A program made the position numbers and the translations under genes. 5,391 nt of DNA from Paramicrosporidium saccamoebae KSL3 (Eukaryota; Fungi; Cryptomycota): NCBI GenBank assembly GCA_002794465.1, contig MTSL01000122.1:17331-22721 (forward strand), read 5' to 3'. Shown here in pieces: positions 5,344 to 5,391 of the stretch (the stretch's first letter is position 1; each line of letters begins with the position of its first letter). A model generated the notes under the pieces. That model was not told where the DNA came from. It saw only the letters and a program-made list of their open reading frames with translations, and did no database searches.

Positions 5344-5384
5344 AATAGTATGGATACACGTCTCACTGTCCTCAAATACCCAGC
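5344..5384 (-). repeat. Right arm of a 41-bp inverted repeat pair (partner 2538-2578); may continue beyond the window
   Basis: Minus strand reads GCTGGGTATTTGAGGACAGTGAGACGTGTATCCATACTATT; two transition differences from the left arm. Confidence 0.95.
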
Positions 5385-5391
5385 AACTAGG

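Noticed and set aside
2538-5384. Annotating the interval as a confirmed mobile element
   Set aside because: No transposase, no visible TSD, and the right boundary is truncated by the window; reported as an inverted repeat with alternative hypotheses.

Overview
Eukaryote-style locus holding two long, uninterrupted, convergent genes (282..2429 +, 715 aa; 2710..4824 -, 704 aa). Both start MKL plus a hydrophobic signal-peptide-like segment and carry degenerate, short (~28-31 aa) ankyrin-like helical repeats in the C-terminal half. Manual alignment shows they are diverged paralogs, with colinear blocks from a shared non-repeat N-terminal segment (W-x6-I-x2-ADN-x-[ED]-F...K-x-DA-x2-I-x-THL) to a shared C-terminal cap. 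This looks like an expanded family of secreted repeat proteins (effector-like; inference). The 280-bp convergent intergenic region has a three-copy G/T-rich direct-repeat array. Its third unit recurs as a 39/41-identical inverted copy at the right edge of the window, so ORF2 and its upstream region are bracketed by inverted repeats. Upstream of ORF1 are a TATA box, a CT-rich tract and a candidate 5'-UTR intron with the same 7-mer at both junctions. I found no RNA genes, transposase or CRISPR array. The organism cannot be determined from the window; a compact-genome fungus or fungus-related parasite is only a guess, and I recognise no gene symbols.
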